This document shows, one piece after another, positions 1-10,573 of a stretch of 64,000 nt of DNA. Under the pieces are notes generated by a model that had not been told where the DNA came from, made no database searches, and saw only the letters and a program-made list of their open reading frames with translations. Positions within the stretch are counted from its first letter, which is position 1; every line of letters starts with the position of its first letter. Source of the DNA: Marinicella sp. (GTDB lineage Bacteria > Pseudomonadota > Gammaproteobacteria > Xanthomonadales > Marinicellaceae); assembly GCA_965230295.1 (NCBI GenBank), contig OZ246001.1, forward strand, positions 544,001 through 608,000. The letters run 5' to 3'. A program made the position numbers and the translations under genes.

Positions 1-386
1 TGGGCATCGTGATCATCAAACCTGTAACCACAGACATTCCATTCTTTTGGATCATCACCATTCGAACAGTGGGAGGGATCATGACCATGATTTTATTTAA
101 TTTGTTGTTACAAAAAAGCCTTAACCCGCTGTCAGTGATGAGCAGTCGAGGTAAGTACTGGCTATTGGCTGGTGCCATTTTGGGACAGTACCTGTCTACC
201 ATGGTTTGGGTGGCGGGGTATAAATACACGTCTGCTTCTGTGGCTTCGATTCTCAATGAAACGGCCTCAATATTCATATTAATCCTGGGCTGGTTGATGC
301 TAAAAGAGGAGATCAGCCAACGAAAAATACTGGGTGCCATCATCAGTATATCTGGCGTTATCTTGGTGTTGCAATTCAGCCATTAA
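1..386 (+). CDS. DMT/EamA family transporter, 5'-truncated by window edge
   Basis: Hydrophobic helices; EamA C-terminal pattern ASVASIL..T..IF..ILGWLMLKEEI..RKILGAIISISGV. Confidence 0.85.
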   Translation, partial: GIVIIKPVTTDIPFFWIITIRTVGGIMTMILFNLLLQKSLNPLSVMSSRGKYWLLAGAILGQYLSTMVWVAGYKYTSASVASILNETASIFILILGWLMLKEEISQRKILGAIISISGVILVLQFSH

Positions 387-463
387 TGCGGGTACGTTAC
401 ATTTGTTTACAGAAACCTTTCCCTAACGATTCAGGATTCCACTATCATATATATCAATGAAAT

Positions 464-1246
464 GTGTGTGTGATAATCAAAATGACCCAACTACAATTTA
501 ACAGCCCAAACCCACCCAAAAATTCAGATGAACTGTCGCCTATTGTTTATTTCAGAGGCATCAATCGCATTCATGTGAATCGTTTCAAAGCCTACACCCA
601 AATCTTATCCAATCGTTTGAAATCGTCATGGCAAATCACCCAAGACATCAAACAAGCCAATGTTGTGGTCGGAACCAGTGAAGTGAATGGAAAAAAAGTG
701 ATGCGTTTATCGGTTTTGACGGATTTGGCCAACTTAAAGCCCAAGAGCCTCTACTCGTTTGAACTTACTTTTGAAGAAAATAAACTGGTCAGACAGCTTA
801 ACTTAGCAAGTAAACACTTACTCAAAGGTTTTCAAGGTGATCTTCAAAATGAAAGTTGTCATCGCACTGTAACCATCTGTGGTCTACTGAATGAGTCACT
901 CAGTATGCTATGTGATTTGCTGAACCAAAAATCTCAAGACATCGAGTTCACGCCTTCAGTGGGTATCTTCTCGTCATTGAATAACTTATATCGCGATCAT
1001 TTGCTGTTGGTTGTTGACCCCAAACTACCTGAATCTATGCAGGCCTACCAGAGTTTGATTGAGAAAAAATCTCAAGGCAACATCATCATTGATGAATTGA
1101 CCATTGCCATCATTCAAAACGAAGACGAACAAACCAATGAAGAAGTTTTTGATCTGATTTATGGCAATGCTGATGCATCGACCCAAGTCACCCTATTGAA
1201 CCCAGCCGATGAAAGGGACCTGGCGAGTTTTGTTCAGTTTTTTTGA
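464..1246 (+). CDS. Hypothetical protein; C-terminal half resembles a degenerate small-GTPase fold (start may be ATG 482)
   Basis: 260-aa ORF filling the gap between co-oriented genes; fold suggestion is inference. Confidence 0.6.
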   Translation: MCVIIKMTQLQFNSPNPPKNSDELSPIVYFRGINRIHVNRFKAYTQILSNRLKSSWQITQDIKQANVVVGTSEVNGKKVMRLSVLTDLANLKPKSLYSFELTFEENKLVRQLNLASKHLLKGFQGDLQNESCHRTVTICGLLNESLSMLCDLLNQKSQDIEFTPSVGIFSSLNNLYRDHLLLVVDPKLPESMQAYQSLIEKKSQGNIIIDELTIAIIQNEDEQTNEEVFDLIYGNADASTQVTLLNPADERDLASFVQFF

Positions 1247-1343
1247 ACCTGTTCCAGCTTAATCGTAAAAACCATCATTTTTACACCCAATTCACTGCTT
1301 AACCGTTAACATTAAAACCAATGTTAATCATGCAGAAAAAACG

Positions 1344-2243
1344 ATGGGTATTCAGAAACAAGTCCTTTTTATAACCGGTCAAAACGGTATGTTGGGACAA
1401 CATTTGACTCAATTTTTATCTCAGCAATATGAGGTTGTTGGGTTACAAAGAAACACGCAATCAATTGATAAACCAAGCTGGAATTATCGCCAATTACTTG
1501 AACAACTCAAGATGAAAGCTCCCGACGCCATCATTCACCTGGCAGGGGCCGGTATTGCAGATAAGCGCTGGAGTGGGCGATACAAAAAAACCATATATGT
1601 CAGCCGCATCAATGGAACCCAATGGTTGGTCAACGAAATTTTACAGCATGATGAACGACCCAAAACATTCATGTGTGCGTCTGCCATTGGATACTATGGA
1701 CATCGACCTGAAGAACAGTTAACTGAAAATGCAGGCAAAGGCAAAAACTTTGTCGCCAAAATTGCTGAGCATTGGGAAGCAGCTGCCCAAGAATTAAACC
1801 GAACTGAAGTCCGGGTGATTAACATGCGGTTTGGCATGATATTATCCAAGACTGGTGGGGCATTGAAAGACATGATGTTACCATTCAAGTTGGGTTTAGG
1901 AGGACGGCTGGGTAAGGGCCAGCAAAAATACAGTTGGATCAGTATCGATGATGCAAGCAGAGCGATTGATTTTTTACTTCACCATGAAACACTCCAAGGC
2001 CCGATCAATTTAACCTCACCCAACCCTGTCACCAATCAAGAATTTACCCAAATCCTGGCCAAAACGTTGAGAAGGCCTGCATTCATGCACATGCCTGCCT
2101 TTGTGGTGCGCCTGGTGTTTGGTGAAATGGCTGATGAACTGTTGTTAGCTGATGCACATGTTATGCCTCAAATATTGATGAATGCAGGCTTTGAGTTCAA
2201 ACATGCCAAGTTGGATGCCGCAATGAAATACTTAATGCAATGA
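1344..2243 (+). CDS. TIGR01777/YfcH family NAD-dependent epimerase-like oxidoreductase
   Basis: ITGxxGxLG, IIHLAGAGIADKRW, SAIGYYG, GLGGRLGxGxQxxSWI motifs. Confidence 0.92.
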   Translation: MGIQKQVLFITGQNGMLGQHLTQFLSQQYEVVGLQRNTQSIDKPSWNYRQLLEQLKMKAPDAIIHLAGAGIADKRWSGRYKKTIYVSRINGTQWLVNEILQHDERPKTFMCASAIGYYGHRPEEQLTENAGKGKNFVAKIAEHWEAAAQELNRTEVRVINMRFGMILSKTGGALKDMMLPFKLGLGGRLGKGQQKYSWISIDDASRAIDFLLHHETLQGPINLTSPNPVTNQEFTQILAKTLRRPAFMHMPAFVVRLVFGEMADELLLADAHVMPQILMNAGFEFKHAKLDAAMKYLMQ

Positions 2244-2965
2244 ACATCCTGATCATTGGTGCCAATCAAGGCATAGGTGCAGCCATAGCAAAGCAACTTA
2301 ATGTTGAAGGTAATCACACGGTTATCAAAACAAGTCGTCAATATGCCACTTTGACTCAGGTAGATGAAATGACTTGGGAAGTGGCGGTTGACGTCACAGA
2401 CGAAAATTCCATTTCTGAATTTTCAAAACAACTGCGTGATGGATTCTCTGTCATTGATTGGGTGATCAATTGTGCAGGGCTTTTACACAGTAAACGATTC
2501 ATGCCAGAAAAGTCTCTAGATCAAGTGAACCAGCTTCAGATGTTACAAAGCTTCATGACCAATGCCGTTGGCCATTTATGGATCATCAATGCACTGAAGA
2601 AAATGATCATTCAAAGTAAGCTACCATTGGTGTGCTCTGTTTCAGCCAGAATTGGCAGCATAACTGATAACCATTTAGGTGGTTGGTATGCCTATCGAAT
2701 GAGCAAAGCAGCACTGAACATGGGCATTAAAAATGTAGCCATTGAATGGTCAAGACTGCACCCAAAAGTGAAATTTATTTTGATCCATCCTGGCACTTCA
2801 GACACTGATTTATCAAAACCCTTTCAAAAACGACTGCCCAAAGGACAATTACAAACAACTGACACCACTGCTAAACAATTATTGAAACAGTTAAACCAAC
2901 ATCAAAACCACCCCGAAAAACATCCGTTGTATATTGATTATCAAGGCCGTGTCATAGCTTGGTGA
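2240..2965 (+). CDS. Short-chain dehydrogenase, CsgA/C-factor-like
   Basis: GANQGIG, PEKSL, SARIGSITDNxLGGWYAYRMSKAALNM, HPGTxDTxLSKPF. Confidence 0.9.
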   Translation: MNILIIGANQGIGAAIAKQLNVEGNHTVIKTSRQYATLTQVDEMTWEVAVDVTDENSISEFSKQLRDGFSVIDWVINCAGLLHSKRFMPEKSLDQVNQLQMLQSFMTNAVGHLWIINALKKMIIQSKLPLVCSVSARIGSITDNHLGGWYAYRMSKAALNMGIKNVAIEWSRLHPKVKFILIHPGTSDTDLSKPFQKRLPKGQLQTTDTTAKQLLKQLNQHQNHPEKHPLYIDYQGRVIAW

Positions 2966-3015
2966 ATTAGGGTCTGTACTTGAGTGACTCGATTTTTTAT
3001 GGCATAGTGCGGCTC

Positions 3016-4638
3016 ATGAAAAATACATTTTTGATGGCTGCTGTCTTATTACTTACCGGGAATGTGACATCTGCCGCTGACTTTAAAGAACAGCTGATTC
3101 TGGCACTGCACCAAGACCAAAGACACCGCGGTGAAATCAATCGTTTAAAAAAACAGCACCACAACATTGACCTGATTCAACAATTAGAACAAGCCCAAGC
3201 TCAACTTGACCAAGGTAATCTCAAGACCCTGGACAACATCATCAACCAATTGGGCCACTGGCCAGGCATAGATGATGTGGGAAAGAATCCAGCCAGCATT
3301 GCACTGATCTTATTCAAAAGAAGTGAGTTAAAACAACAAGCTCGGTACCTGCCCTTGATGCACACTGCGGTACTCAACAAACAAATCCCGGCCATTTGGT
3401 ATGCCGAAGCCCATGACCATCATTTGATGTTACTGAACAAGCCGCAAAAATTTGGACACCTGATGATTCAATCTTCTGATGGTAAACAAGGTTTATACCC
3501 AATCGAATCATTAGAAACCGTTAATAATGAACGATCAGGCCTGGGCCTGCCTGATTTAAAAACAACATTGGGACAGCGCAATATATTGCTCAGAACTGAT
3601 TTGAAAGACCCACATAACCCCCAGCTTCTGGAGGCTGATAAAATGATGTCTGTGGCAGAATTAGCTGCGGCATGTCTGGACCAAATTTACCCCAATTCGA
3701 TCAAACATGTACTGAACAGCAAAGCAGATGCCGCTAGCCCTGATCAATTGTATCCAGCCTTTTTCGGCTGTTTTGACTGGCATTCATCGGTGCATGGTCA
3801 TTGGTTATTGGTTAGGGCAGCAAAATTATTTCCGAACCATGCTCAATCGGCAGCTTTCATGAAGCGATTGGATGCCCATTTCCAACCAGATAAATTAACT
3901 GCCGAACTGACTTACTTTCAACAACCTGGTCGAGCAGGATTTGAACGCCCATATGGATTGGCCTGGTTTCTTCAATTGTATGCTGAACTACACGAATGGC
4001 AAAACCCCCAGGCACAGCAGTGGCGGGTCAATCTGACCCCGCTTAAAAACCATGTGGTTAAACAATTGAGTCAGTGGATCCCCAAACTGGCTTACCCGAT
4101 ACGAACTGGCGAACACAGTCAAACGGCTTTCGCCTTTGGATTGGCTTACGATTATGCTGTAAACACAGGTGATGAGGCCTTTGCAAACTTGTTGAAAGAA
4201 CATGTGATGCGCTTGTATTTAGATGACAAAAATTGTCCCATCAATTATGAACCTTCTGGTCAAGACTTTCTCTCAGCTTGTTTAGCAGAAGCTGATTTGA
4301 TGCGGCGTATGATGACACCTCAGCAATTTGCCAAATGGTTCAAGAAGTTCATTCCAGCCAGCAAAAAACAAAGTAACTGGTTACCTGTAGCACGTGTGAC
4401 AGACAGGGTGGACGGTAAACTGGCACATTTAGACGGGTTGAACATCGCCAGGGCCTGGATGTTAGAGGGCATTGCGATGGGGCTGCCTTTGGCCGACAAA
4501 AGACGTCAAAACCTGGGTAAACTCGCGGACATGCATGCCAAATCGGGTCTGGCAGCTGTGACTGGAGAACATTATGCCGGTGGACATTGGCTGGGTTCAT
4601 TCGCTGTTTATTACCTCAGCCAACGCGGGCTGCCATAA
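3016..4638 (+). CDS. Secreted DUF2891-family protein with an N-terminal DUF6624-like domain
   Basis: Signal peptide; PAFFGCFDWHSSVHGHW, FERPYGLAW, GEHSQTAF, HLDGLN, HYAGGHWLGSFA (DUF2891); DQxxR..WPG...VG..PIE...VNxxRxxLGL (DUF6624-like). Confidence 0.8.
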   Translation: MKNTFLMAAVLLLTGNVTSAADFKEQLILALHQDQRHRGEINRLKKQHHNIDLIQQLEQAQAQLDQGNLKTLDNIINQLGHWPGIDDVGKNPASIALILFKRSELKQQARYLPLMHTAVLNKQIPAIWYAEAHDHHLMLLNKPQKFGHLMIQSSDGKQGLYPIESLETVNNERSGLGLPDLKTTLGQRNILLRTDLKDPHNPQLLEADKMMSVAELAAACLDQIYPNSIKHVLNSKADAASPDQLYPAFFGCFDWHSSVHGHWLLVRAAKLFPNHAQSAAFMKRLDAHFQPDKLTAELTYFQQPGRAGFERPYGLAWFLQLYAELHEWQNPQAQQWRVNLTPLKNHVVKQLSQWIPKLAYPIRTGEHSQTAFAFGLAYDYAVNTGDEAFANLLKEHVMRLYLDDKNCPINYEPSGQDFLSACLAEADLMRRMMTPQQFAKWFKKFIPASKKQSNWLPVARVTDRVDGKLAHLDGLNIARAWMLEGIAMGLPLADKRRQNLGKLADMHAKSGLAAVTGEHYAGGHWLGSFAVYYLSQRGLP

Positions 4639-4750
4639 GACAACCCTTTCAGCCACAATTATTTACATCTTCAGAAGCAGCAGGTCTTTAAGAGCCAAGC
4701 GATTGATGCTAACATAATATCAATTAAAACAATGACCTGCTTACATTATT

Positions 4751-7723
4751 GTGAGATCCAATAAAACAGTCATCACCAGTCACCCACAGCTCAAATTCTT
4801 GTGGTTAATTCTGATTTTTGTTTGGTCAAGTTTTTCCATCAATTCCTCCCATGCTCAACAGCTGCCATTTGCCGAACTCGACATCGCTGATGGTTTAGAA
4901 GACATGGTTGTTTTTGATATGGACCAGGATGACTTGGGGTTTTTATGGATCACCACTAGAACGGGTGTCAACCGATTTGATGGCACAAGATTTGAGACCT
5001 ATAAAAAATCAGATGGCTTACCACATAACCTGGTCAGGGACTTGCTGAAAGACCGTCATGGTATTTTGTGGGCTGGATCTGAGTCAGGATTGGCTCGCTT
5101 TAATGGCAAATCTTTTGAGCAAGTTTTGACAGATCAATGGCCTGAACATGTTTCAGTTCGTATGGTCAAGGCAGGTGCAGAAGACACTTTATGGGTAGCC
5201 ACTTATGGCATGGGGATATTAAAGATTGATACAGCCTCATCGGTACCTCGCATTGAACAACAGTTTAACCGCCAAACTGGATTTCCAAGTGATCGCATCA
5301 GAAGCCTTATGGTGGCAGAAGATGGCAGTATATGGGCCGGTGACAGTGCCCATGTTTATCACATCACAGAGGGCGATACCAAGATCATCAATTGGGAAGC
5401 CAGTTCTTCTGAAATCAGGTACTTGTACCAGCACACCGATCAAAGCATTTGGGCTGGAACCCGGGAAGGGATCGCTTATTTCACCGGCGATTCATTTGTT
5501 CAAAAACAGTTTAATGTTGATCTCAGTGACCTGACCATCAACAGCATCAATAGGGCCAACGATGGTCATGTTTGGGTCAGTACCAGGGACAACGGCGCCT
5601 TTCAATTCGATGCAGAAGATCTGCTGATACAGCACTTGAATATGAGTAATGGCTTACCAGACAACAGCGTTAACTCCATTTTTCATGATTCTGAGCAGAA
5701 CCTGTGGCTGGGCACGTACGGTGGTGGTTTGGCCAGGCTCAGTACTTCTGATGTCATCAACTGGAAATCGCAGGCCGTCATGCCCAATCCAAATGTGTAC
5801 ATCATCACCAATGATCAGCAAGGTTGTATTTGGGTGGGTACCAATGGTGACGGCGTTACCTCGTTTTGTGAGAATGTAACCACTCACATCACCACAGCAG
5901 ATGGTTTAGCCCACAATAAAGTATTGAGCGGTTTGATAGACCAAGATGGCAATCCATGGTTTGGGACCTTGCAAGGTGTCAGTTATTTGAAAGATGGACA
6001 ATTCATAAATTTTGATGAATCAGATGGTTTAACTGGTCTGGTGGTTTATCACATGGCTTATGGCCAAGATGGCAGTATTTGGCTGGCGACCAATAATGGT
6101 CTCAACCATTATCAAGACGGTCAGTTTTCAGCATACTTTGAGTCTGATGGTCTACCGGACAACCGAATTAACATGGTCATTCAAGCCCAAGACGGCAGTT
6201 TATGGTTGGGTACATCGAATGGTTTATCACATTATCGGGATGGAAAATTCACTAACTGGACCAATGATGATGGCTTGGCAGCCAATTTCATCAATGACAT
6301 TTATGAAGATGCAAACGGGCAACTTTGGTTAGCCACCAACAATGGATTGAGCTTATTCGATGGCCAACATTTCAGAACATGGACGGTTGATGATGGCTTA
6401 CCACATAACAATGCCACCACTATTTTACCGGGCAAAGAAGGTGAGATTTGGATCGGAACCAGCCGCGGTGTGGCCATTTATGATGCCGAATCATTCACAG
6501 TCATCACATCAAGAGAAGGGTTGGTGTTTGATTTGGTCAACCGCAGTGCCGGGTATAAAGACAACGAAGGAAATTTATGGTTTGGCACAGGGGCAGGCAT
6601 CAGTCGTTTTGCCAAAGGCTTCGAACCTGGTTCAACTTCGCCACCACCCGTTCACATCCTTGAAATTCACAATGAAACAGAAAAACTGGCCAACCACTCT
6701 ACACCTTTATTAGAGCAGCAAAATTCCAGTTTGACCATCAGTTACACTGCCATCAGCTTTCAACGGGCGCCTGACATCAGTTATCGGTACCGCATGAACA
6801 AAAAACAAGAAAACATCCCGTGGCGTGAAACCCGATTGAATGAATTACAAATTGACTCTTTGGCAGCTGGTGAATATCAGTTTCAAGTGACGGCAAAAAT
6901 TGGCAACGGGTTGTGGAACCCCACACCCGCAGTTTTTAATTTCAAAGTGACTCCCCCATTTTGGGAGACCCCTTGGTTCATGGTTTTGGTGTTGATGTTA
7001 CTGATGGTTGCCTGGTTCTATCGCAGTTGGCGAAGCAAACAACATGCACTGAAATTAGAAGCCATTGTTCATGAACGAACCAAACAATTGAAAAAAGTTA
7101 ATCATGGACTGGATTGGCTGGCCCATCATGACAGCTTAACCAAACTGTCAAACCGTCACCACATCAAGGAAGTCCTGGGTGGCATAAAAACACCAGATTC
7201 AGCCATTCCCTTGGGGGTTTTGCTCATTGACCTCGATCACTTTAAAAATGTCAATGACCGTTATGGACATGCCGTGGGTGATAAAGTGCTACAAACGGTA
7301 GCAAACATGTTGCAAAAGGTCATTCCTGAAAACCATACTGTGGCCAGATGGGGTGGTGAAGAATTTATTGTCTTGTGTCCAAAGGCGCGCTTGGTGGAGA
7401 TCCAGAAGTTGGTACAAGACCTGCTGCATGGGTGCCAACAGATTGAGGTTTCCGTAGAAGCAGAACAAACCATCCACATCAAATGTTCTATTGGCTTTAC
7501 TTACTTGTCTAAATTGTTGGATCAGGAAAACCTGGGTAAACAAATTGAAAACTCAATTCAGTTGGCTGACATAGCCCTCTACCAAGCCAAAGAACAAGGA
7601 CGGAATCAGGCCTGTGGATACCTGATCAAACAAGCCATTGACGAATCAACTTTAAAAGGTTACATTGCTGAGACGACACAAGCGATTGCAGATGGTCACA
7701 TCACAGTCACTGCCATTAAATAA
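4751..7723 (+). CDS. Sensor diguanylate cyclase: periplasmic Reg_prop beta-propellers, Y_Y_Y domain, TM, GGDEF
   Basis: Repeated DGLPxN..DxxGxLWxxT blades; PPFWETPWF before TM; DLDHFKxVNDRYGHxxGD and RWGGEEF. Confidence 0.93.
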   Translation: MRSNKTVITSHPQLKFLWLILIFVWSSFSINSSHAQQLPFAELDIADGLEDMVVFDMDQDDLGFLWITTRTGVNRFDGTRFETYKKSDGLPHNLVRDLLKDRHGILWAGSESGLARFNGKSFEQVLTDQWPEHVSVRMVKAGAEDTLWVATYGMGILKIDTASSVPRIEQQFNRQTGFPSDRIRSLMVAEDGSIWAGDSAHVYHITEGDTKIINWEASSSEIRYLYQHTDQSIWAGTREGIAYFTGDSFVQKQFNVDLSDLTINSINRANDGHVWVSTRDNGAFQFDAEDLLIQHLNMSNGLPDNSVNSIFHDSEQNLWLGTYGGGLARLSTSDVINWKSQAVMPNPNVYIITNDQQGCIWVGTNGDGVTSFCENVTTHITTADGLAHNKVLSGLIDQDGNPWFGTLQGVSYLKDGQFINFDESDGLTGLVVYHMAYGQDGSIWLATNNGLNHYQDGQFSAYFESDGLPDNRINMVIQAQDGSLWLGTSNGLSHYRDGKFTNWTNDDGLAANFINDIYEDANGQLWLATNNGLSLFDGQHFRTWTVDDGLPHNNATTILPGKEGEIWIGTSRGVAIYDAESFTVITSREGLVFDLVNRSAGYKDNEGNLWFGTGAGISRFAKGFEPGSTSPPPVHILEIHNETEKLANHSTPLLEQQNSSLTISYTAISFQRAPDISYRYRMNKKQENIPWRETRLNELQIDSLAAGEYQFQVTAKIGNGLWNPTPAVFNFKVTPPFWETPWFMVLVLMLLMVAWFYRSWRSKQHALKLEAIVHERTKQLKKVNHGLDWLAHHDSLTKLSNRHHIKEVLGGIKTPDSAIPLGVLLIDLDHFKNVNDRYGHAVGDKVLQTVANMLQKVIPENHTVARWGGEEFIVLCPKARLVEIQKLVQDLLHGCQQIEVSVEAEQTIHIKCSIGFTYLSKLLDQENLGKQIENSIQLADIALYQAKEQGRNQACGYLIKQAIDESTLKGYIAETTQAIADGHITVTAIK

Positions 7724-7784
7724 CAAAATCCTGCCATTTTATTTAGTATAGAGTTAGGTTGGTTTCACAAAACCAGACATCACC

Positions 7785-9002
7785 ATGAAAAACATCATAA
7801 AATCAGAAAAGCTGAAAGGCGTGTGTTATGACATCCGGGGCCCAGTTCTGGATATGGCTAAACGCATTGAGGAACAAGGTGAAAAAGTCCTGAAACTCAA
7901 CATTGGCAATCCTGCACCTTTTGGCTTTGATGCTCCTGATGACATCGTAAGGGATGTGGTACATAACATCACAGATGCTGAAGGTTATTGTGATTCCAAA
8001 GGCATCTACCCCGCTCGAGTAGCCATTTACCAATACTACCAAAAACGCCGAATTAAAAACCTTGATATAGACAAAATCATTATTGGTAACGGTGTCAGTG
8101 AACTGATAGTGATGACCATGCAAGCTTTACTGAATGATGGCGATGAAATGTTGATACCTGCACCTGATTATCCATTATGGACAGCTGCGGTCAACTTGTC
8201 AGGTGGTCAGGCGATTCACTACCTGTGTGACGAAGCCAATGATTGGGGACCCAATTTGGATGACATGGAATCGAAAATCACTGATAAGACCCGTGGCATA
8301 GTTCTGATCAACCCCAACAACCCCACCGGCGCAGTCTATACCAAAGACCAGTTAGAGGCAGTGTTAGATCTTGCCAGGAAACATGAGCTGATTATTTTCA
8401 GTGATGAAATTTATGAACTCATTCGTTATGATAACACACCGTTCACTTCAATTGCCTCTTTGGCAGATGATTTGATGTTTGTGACTTTCAATGGCTTATC
8501 GAAAACTTATCGTGTGGCGGGCTACCGCACAGGATGGATGCTGATATCCGGGAACACACTGCATGCCCAAGATTACATCGATGGCTTAAACATCCTGTCA
8601 TCAATGCGATTGTGTGCCAATGTGCCCACTCAATTTGCCATCCAATCGGCCCTGGGTGGCAGACAATCTATTTTCGATTTGACCGAAGGGGAAGGCCGGC
8701 TCAATCGTCAGCGTTTGTTAGCCCATCAAATGATCAATGACACACCCGGGTTGTCAACCACATTGCCCAAAGGTGCTTTGTATTGTTTCGTTAAAATCGA
8801 CACAGCACGGTTCAACATCACCAATGATGAGCAATTTATTTTAGATCTGCTGATTGAAAAACACATCCTGCTGGTTCATGGAACCGCTTTCAACTGGCCT
8901 GAGCCCGACCACTTCAGACTGGTGTATTTACCTCAAGTCGAAGTTCTTGAAGATGCCCTAAACCGTTTGCAAGACTTTCTGAAAACTTACCAACAAAATT
9001 AG
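7785..9002 (+). CDS. alaA: PLP-dependent alanine aminotransferase AlaA
   Basis: YDIRGPV, KLNIGNPAPFGF, GNGVSELI, INPNNPTGAVY, GLSKTYRVAGYR. Confidence 0.9.
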   Translation: MKNIIKSEKLKGVCYDIRGPVLDMAKRIEEQGEKVLKLNIGNPAPFGFDAPDDIVRDVVHNITDAEGYCDSKGIYPARVAIYQYYQKRRIKNLDIDKIIIGNGVSELIVMTMQALLNDGDEMLIPAPDYPLWTAAVNLSGGQAIHYLCDEANDWGPNLDDMESKITDKTRGIVLINPNNPTGAVYTKDQLEAVLDLARKHELIIFSDEIYELIRYDNTPFTSIASLADDLMFVTFNGLSKTYRVAGYRTGWMLISGNTLHAQDYIDGLNILSSMRLCANVPTQFAIQSALGGRQSIFDLTEGEGRLNRQRLLAHQMINDTPGLSTTLPKGALYCFVKIDTARFNITNDEQFILDLLIEKHILLVHGTAFNWPEPDHFRLVYLPQVEVLEDALNRLQDFLKTYQQN

Positions 9003-9020
9003 GGCAGTAAACACCAACAT

Positions 9021-10346
9021 TCAGCGATTCTTTTTAATCGCTTTTCGGTTTTTCTTACCTCCGGCTCTGGCGCTGATTGATTTTTTCTTGCCTCGCACAC
9101 GGGTCTGTTTGTTCTTTCCGGAAGGTTTGGAATGCTTGGCATCTGTTTGTGATTTTTTGCTTCTGGCCGATTGGGGCTTGCTTGGTTGCCTGGTACTGCT
9201 GATGTCCCTGGCCGTTAATTCAAAACCTTTTTGATAAATACGTTTCACCTCAGTACCAATCACCCGTTCAATGCGGTGCAATACATGGGCTTCTTCCGGG
9301 CAGACAAAAGAAATGGCATGACCAGCTTTACCCGCCCGACCTGTACGCCCTATGCGGTGTACGTAGTCCTCTGGCAAGTAAGGTAAATTGTAATTCAACA
9401 CATGCTCTAACCCCTCAATATCTATCCCTCTGGCTGCCACCTCTGTGGCGATCAGTACTTGTATCTTGGCTGCTTTGAAATCAGCCAAAGCACGTCGCCT
9501 TGAACCTTGGCTTTTGTCACCATGACATATGGCTGCTTTAACTGCTGTGTGCTTCATCCTTGCCAACAAATGATCGGCTTGTTTCCTGGTGCTGGTAAAC
9601 ACCAATATTTGGAACCAATTGTGCTGTTCCAACAAAGCCATGAATAAATCCAGTTTGCGGCTTTCTTCGACCGGGTACAGCACATGCTCAACGGTGTCTG
9701 CTGTCGCGTTGGCTTTACTGAGCCTGATTGCTTGGTGATTGTTAAGAATTTTATGGGCCAGTTCATTCATTGCCGGAGTGGTGGTCGCCGAAAACAACAG
9801 GGTCTGACGCGCCGGATTGGTTTGGCTGATCAGTTGTTGTGCGTCTTCAATGAACCCCATATCTAACATGCGATCAGCTTCATCCAAAACCACAAACTCT
9901 ACATCAGCTAAATTAACATGCCCCAACTCCAAATGTTCCTGCAGTCGTCCTGGTGTGGCTATCAACAGATCCAAGCCTGATTTTAATCGATTGGCTTGAC
10001 CACCCAATTTGACTCCACCAAAGATGGCTGCAATTGTCAGGTCTGTATACTGAGCATAGTTTCCTATGGTGCGAGCCAGTTGTTCAGCCAATTCTCTGGT
10101 CGGGGTCAATACCATAGCACGCACTTTGCCAGCCGATGAGGTTGTTGGCTGGTCTAACATTTGTTGCAAAATGGGCAGCGCAAAAGCAGCTGTTTTTCCG
10201 GTGCCTGTTTGGGCATTGACTAACAGGTCTTTACCGCGGCGAGCTGGAATGATGGCTTGTTCTTGTACAGGAGTCAGCACTTGATATCCACATTGCTGGA
10301 TGGCTTGTTGAAGTTCTGCGGCGAGTCCTAATGAGGAAAATTTCAT
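9021..10346 (-). CDS. DEAD-box RNA helicase (RhlE-like) with basic C-terminal tail
   Basis: AQTGTGKT, PTRELA, LDEADRMLDMGF, SAT, HRIGRTGRAG. Confidence 0.92.
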   Translation of the reverse strand: MKFSSLGLAAELQQAIQQCGYQVLTPVQEQAIIPARRGKDLLVNAQTGTGKTAAFALPILQQMLDQPTTSSAGKVRAMVLTPTRELAEQLARTIGNYAQYTDLTIAAIFGGVKLGGQANRLKSGLDLLIATPGRLQEHLELGHVNLADVEFVVLDEADRMLDMGFIEDAQQLISQTNPARQTLLFSATTTPAMNELAHKILNNHQAIRLSKANATADTVEHVLYPVEESRKLDLFMALLEQHNWFQILVFTSTRKQADHLLARMKHTAVKAAICHGDKSQGSRRRALADFKAAKIQVLIATEVAARGIDIEGLEHVLNYNLPYLPEDYVHRIGRTGRAGKAGHAISFVCPEEAHVLHRIERVIGTEVKRIYQKGFELTARDISSTRQPSKPQSARSKKSQTDAKHSKPSGKNKQTRVRGKKKSISARAGGKKNRKAIKKNR

Positions 10347-10573
10347 GTTGTGTTCTCTTATTGATCAGATACAAACTGTAATTGGGCGCAATATACAGCA
10401 ATTTTGTGCCCTTCGGGTGGTCAATTGAACTTATTTCTGACCAAGTTTAAATGATTAGGCTTGAAAAGTACCAGGGCCTGTTCACACTAATTCACCAATT
10501 TAACCAAACAAAGATTGACAATCAACAGCATTGATTTATTATGCGCGCCTTAATCTTTTTACGGCAACTGACC

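Noticed and set aside
10473-10492. AGGGCCTGTTCACACTAATT, resembling an IS5/MITE terminal repeat (similar TTAGGGTCTGT at 2967)
   Set aside because: Single short end with no partner repeat, target duplication or transposase in the window.
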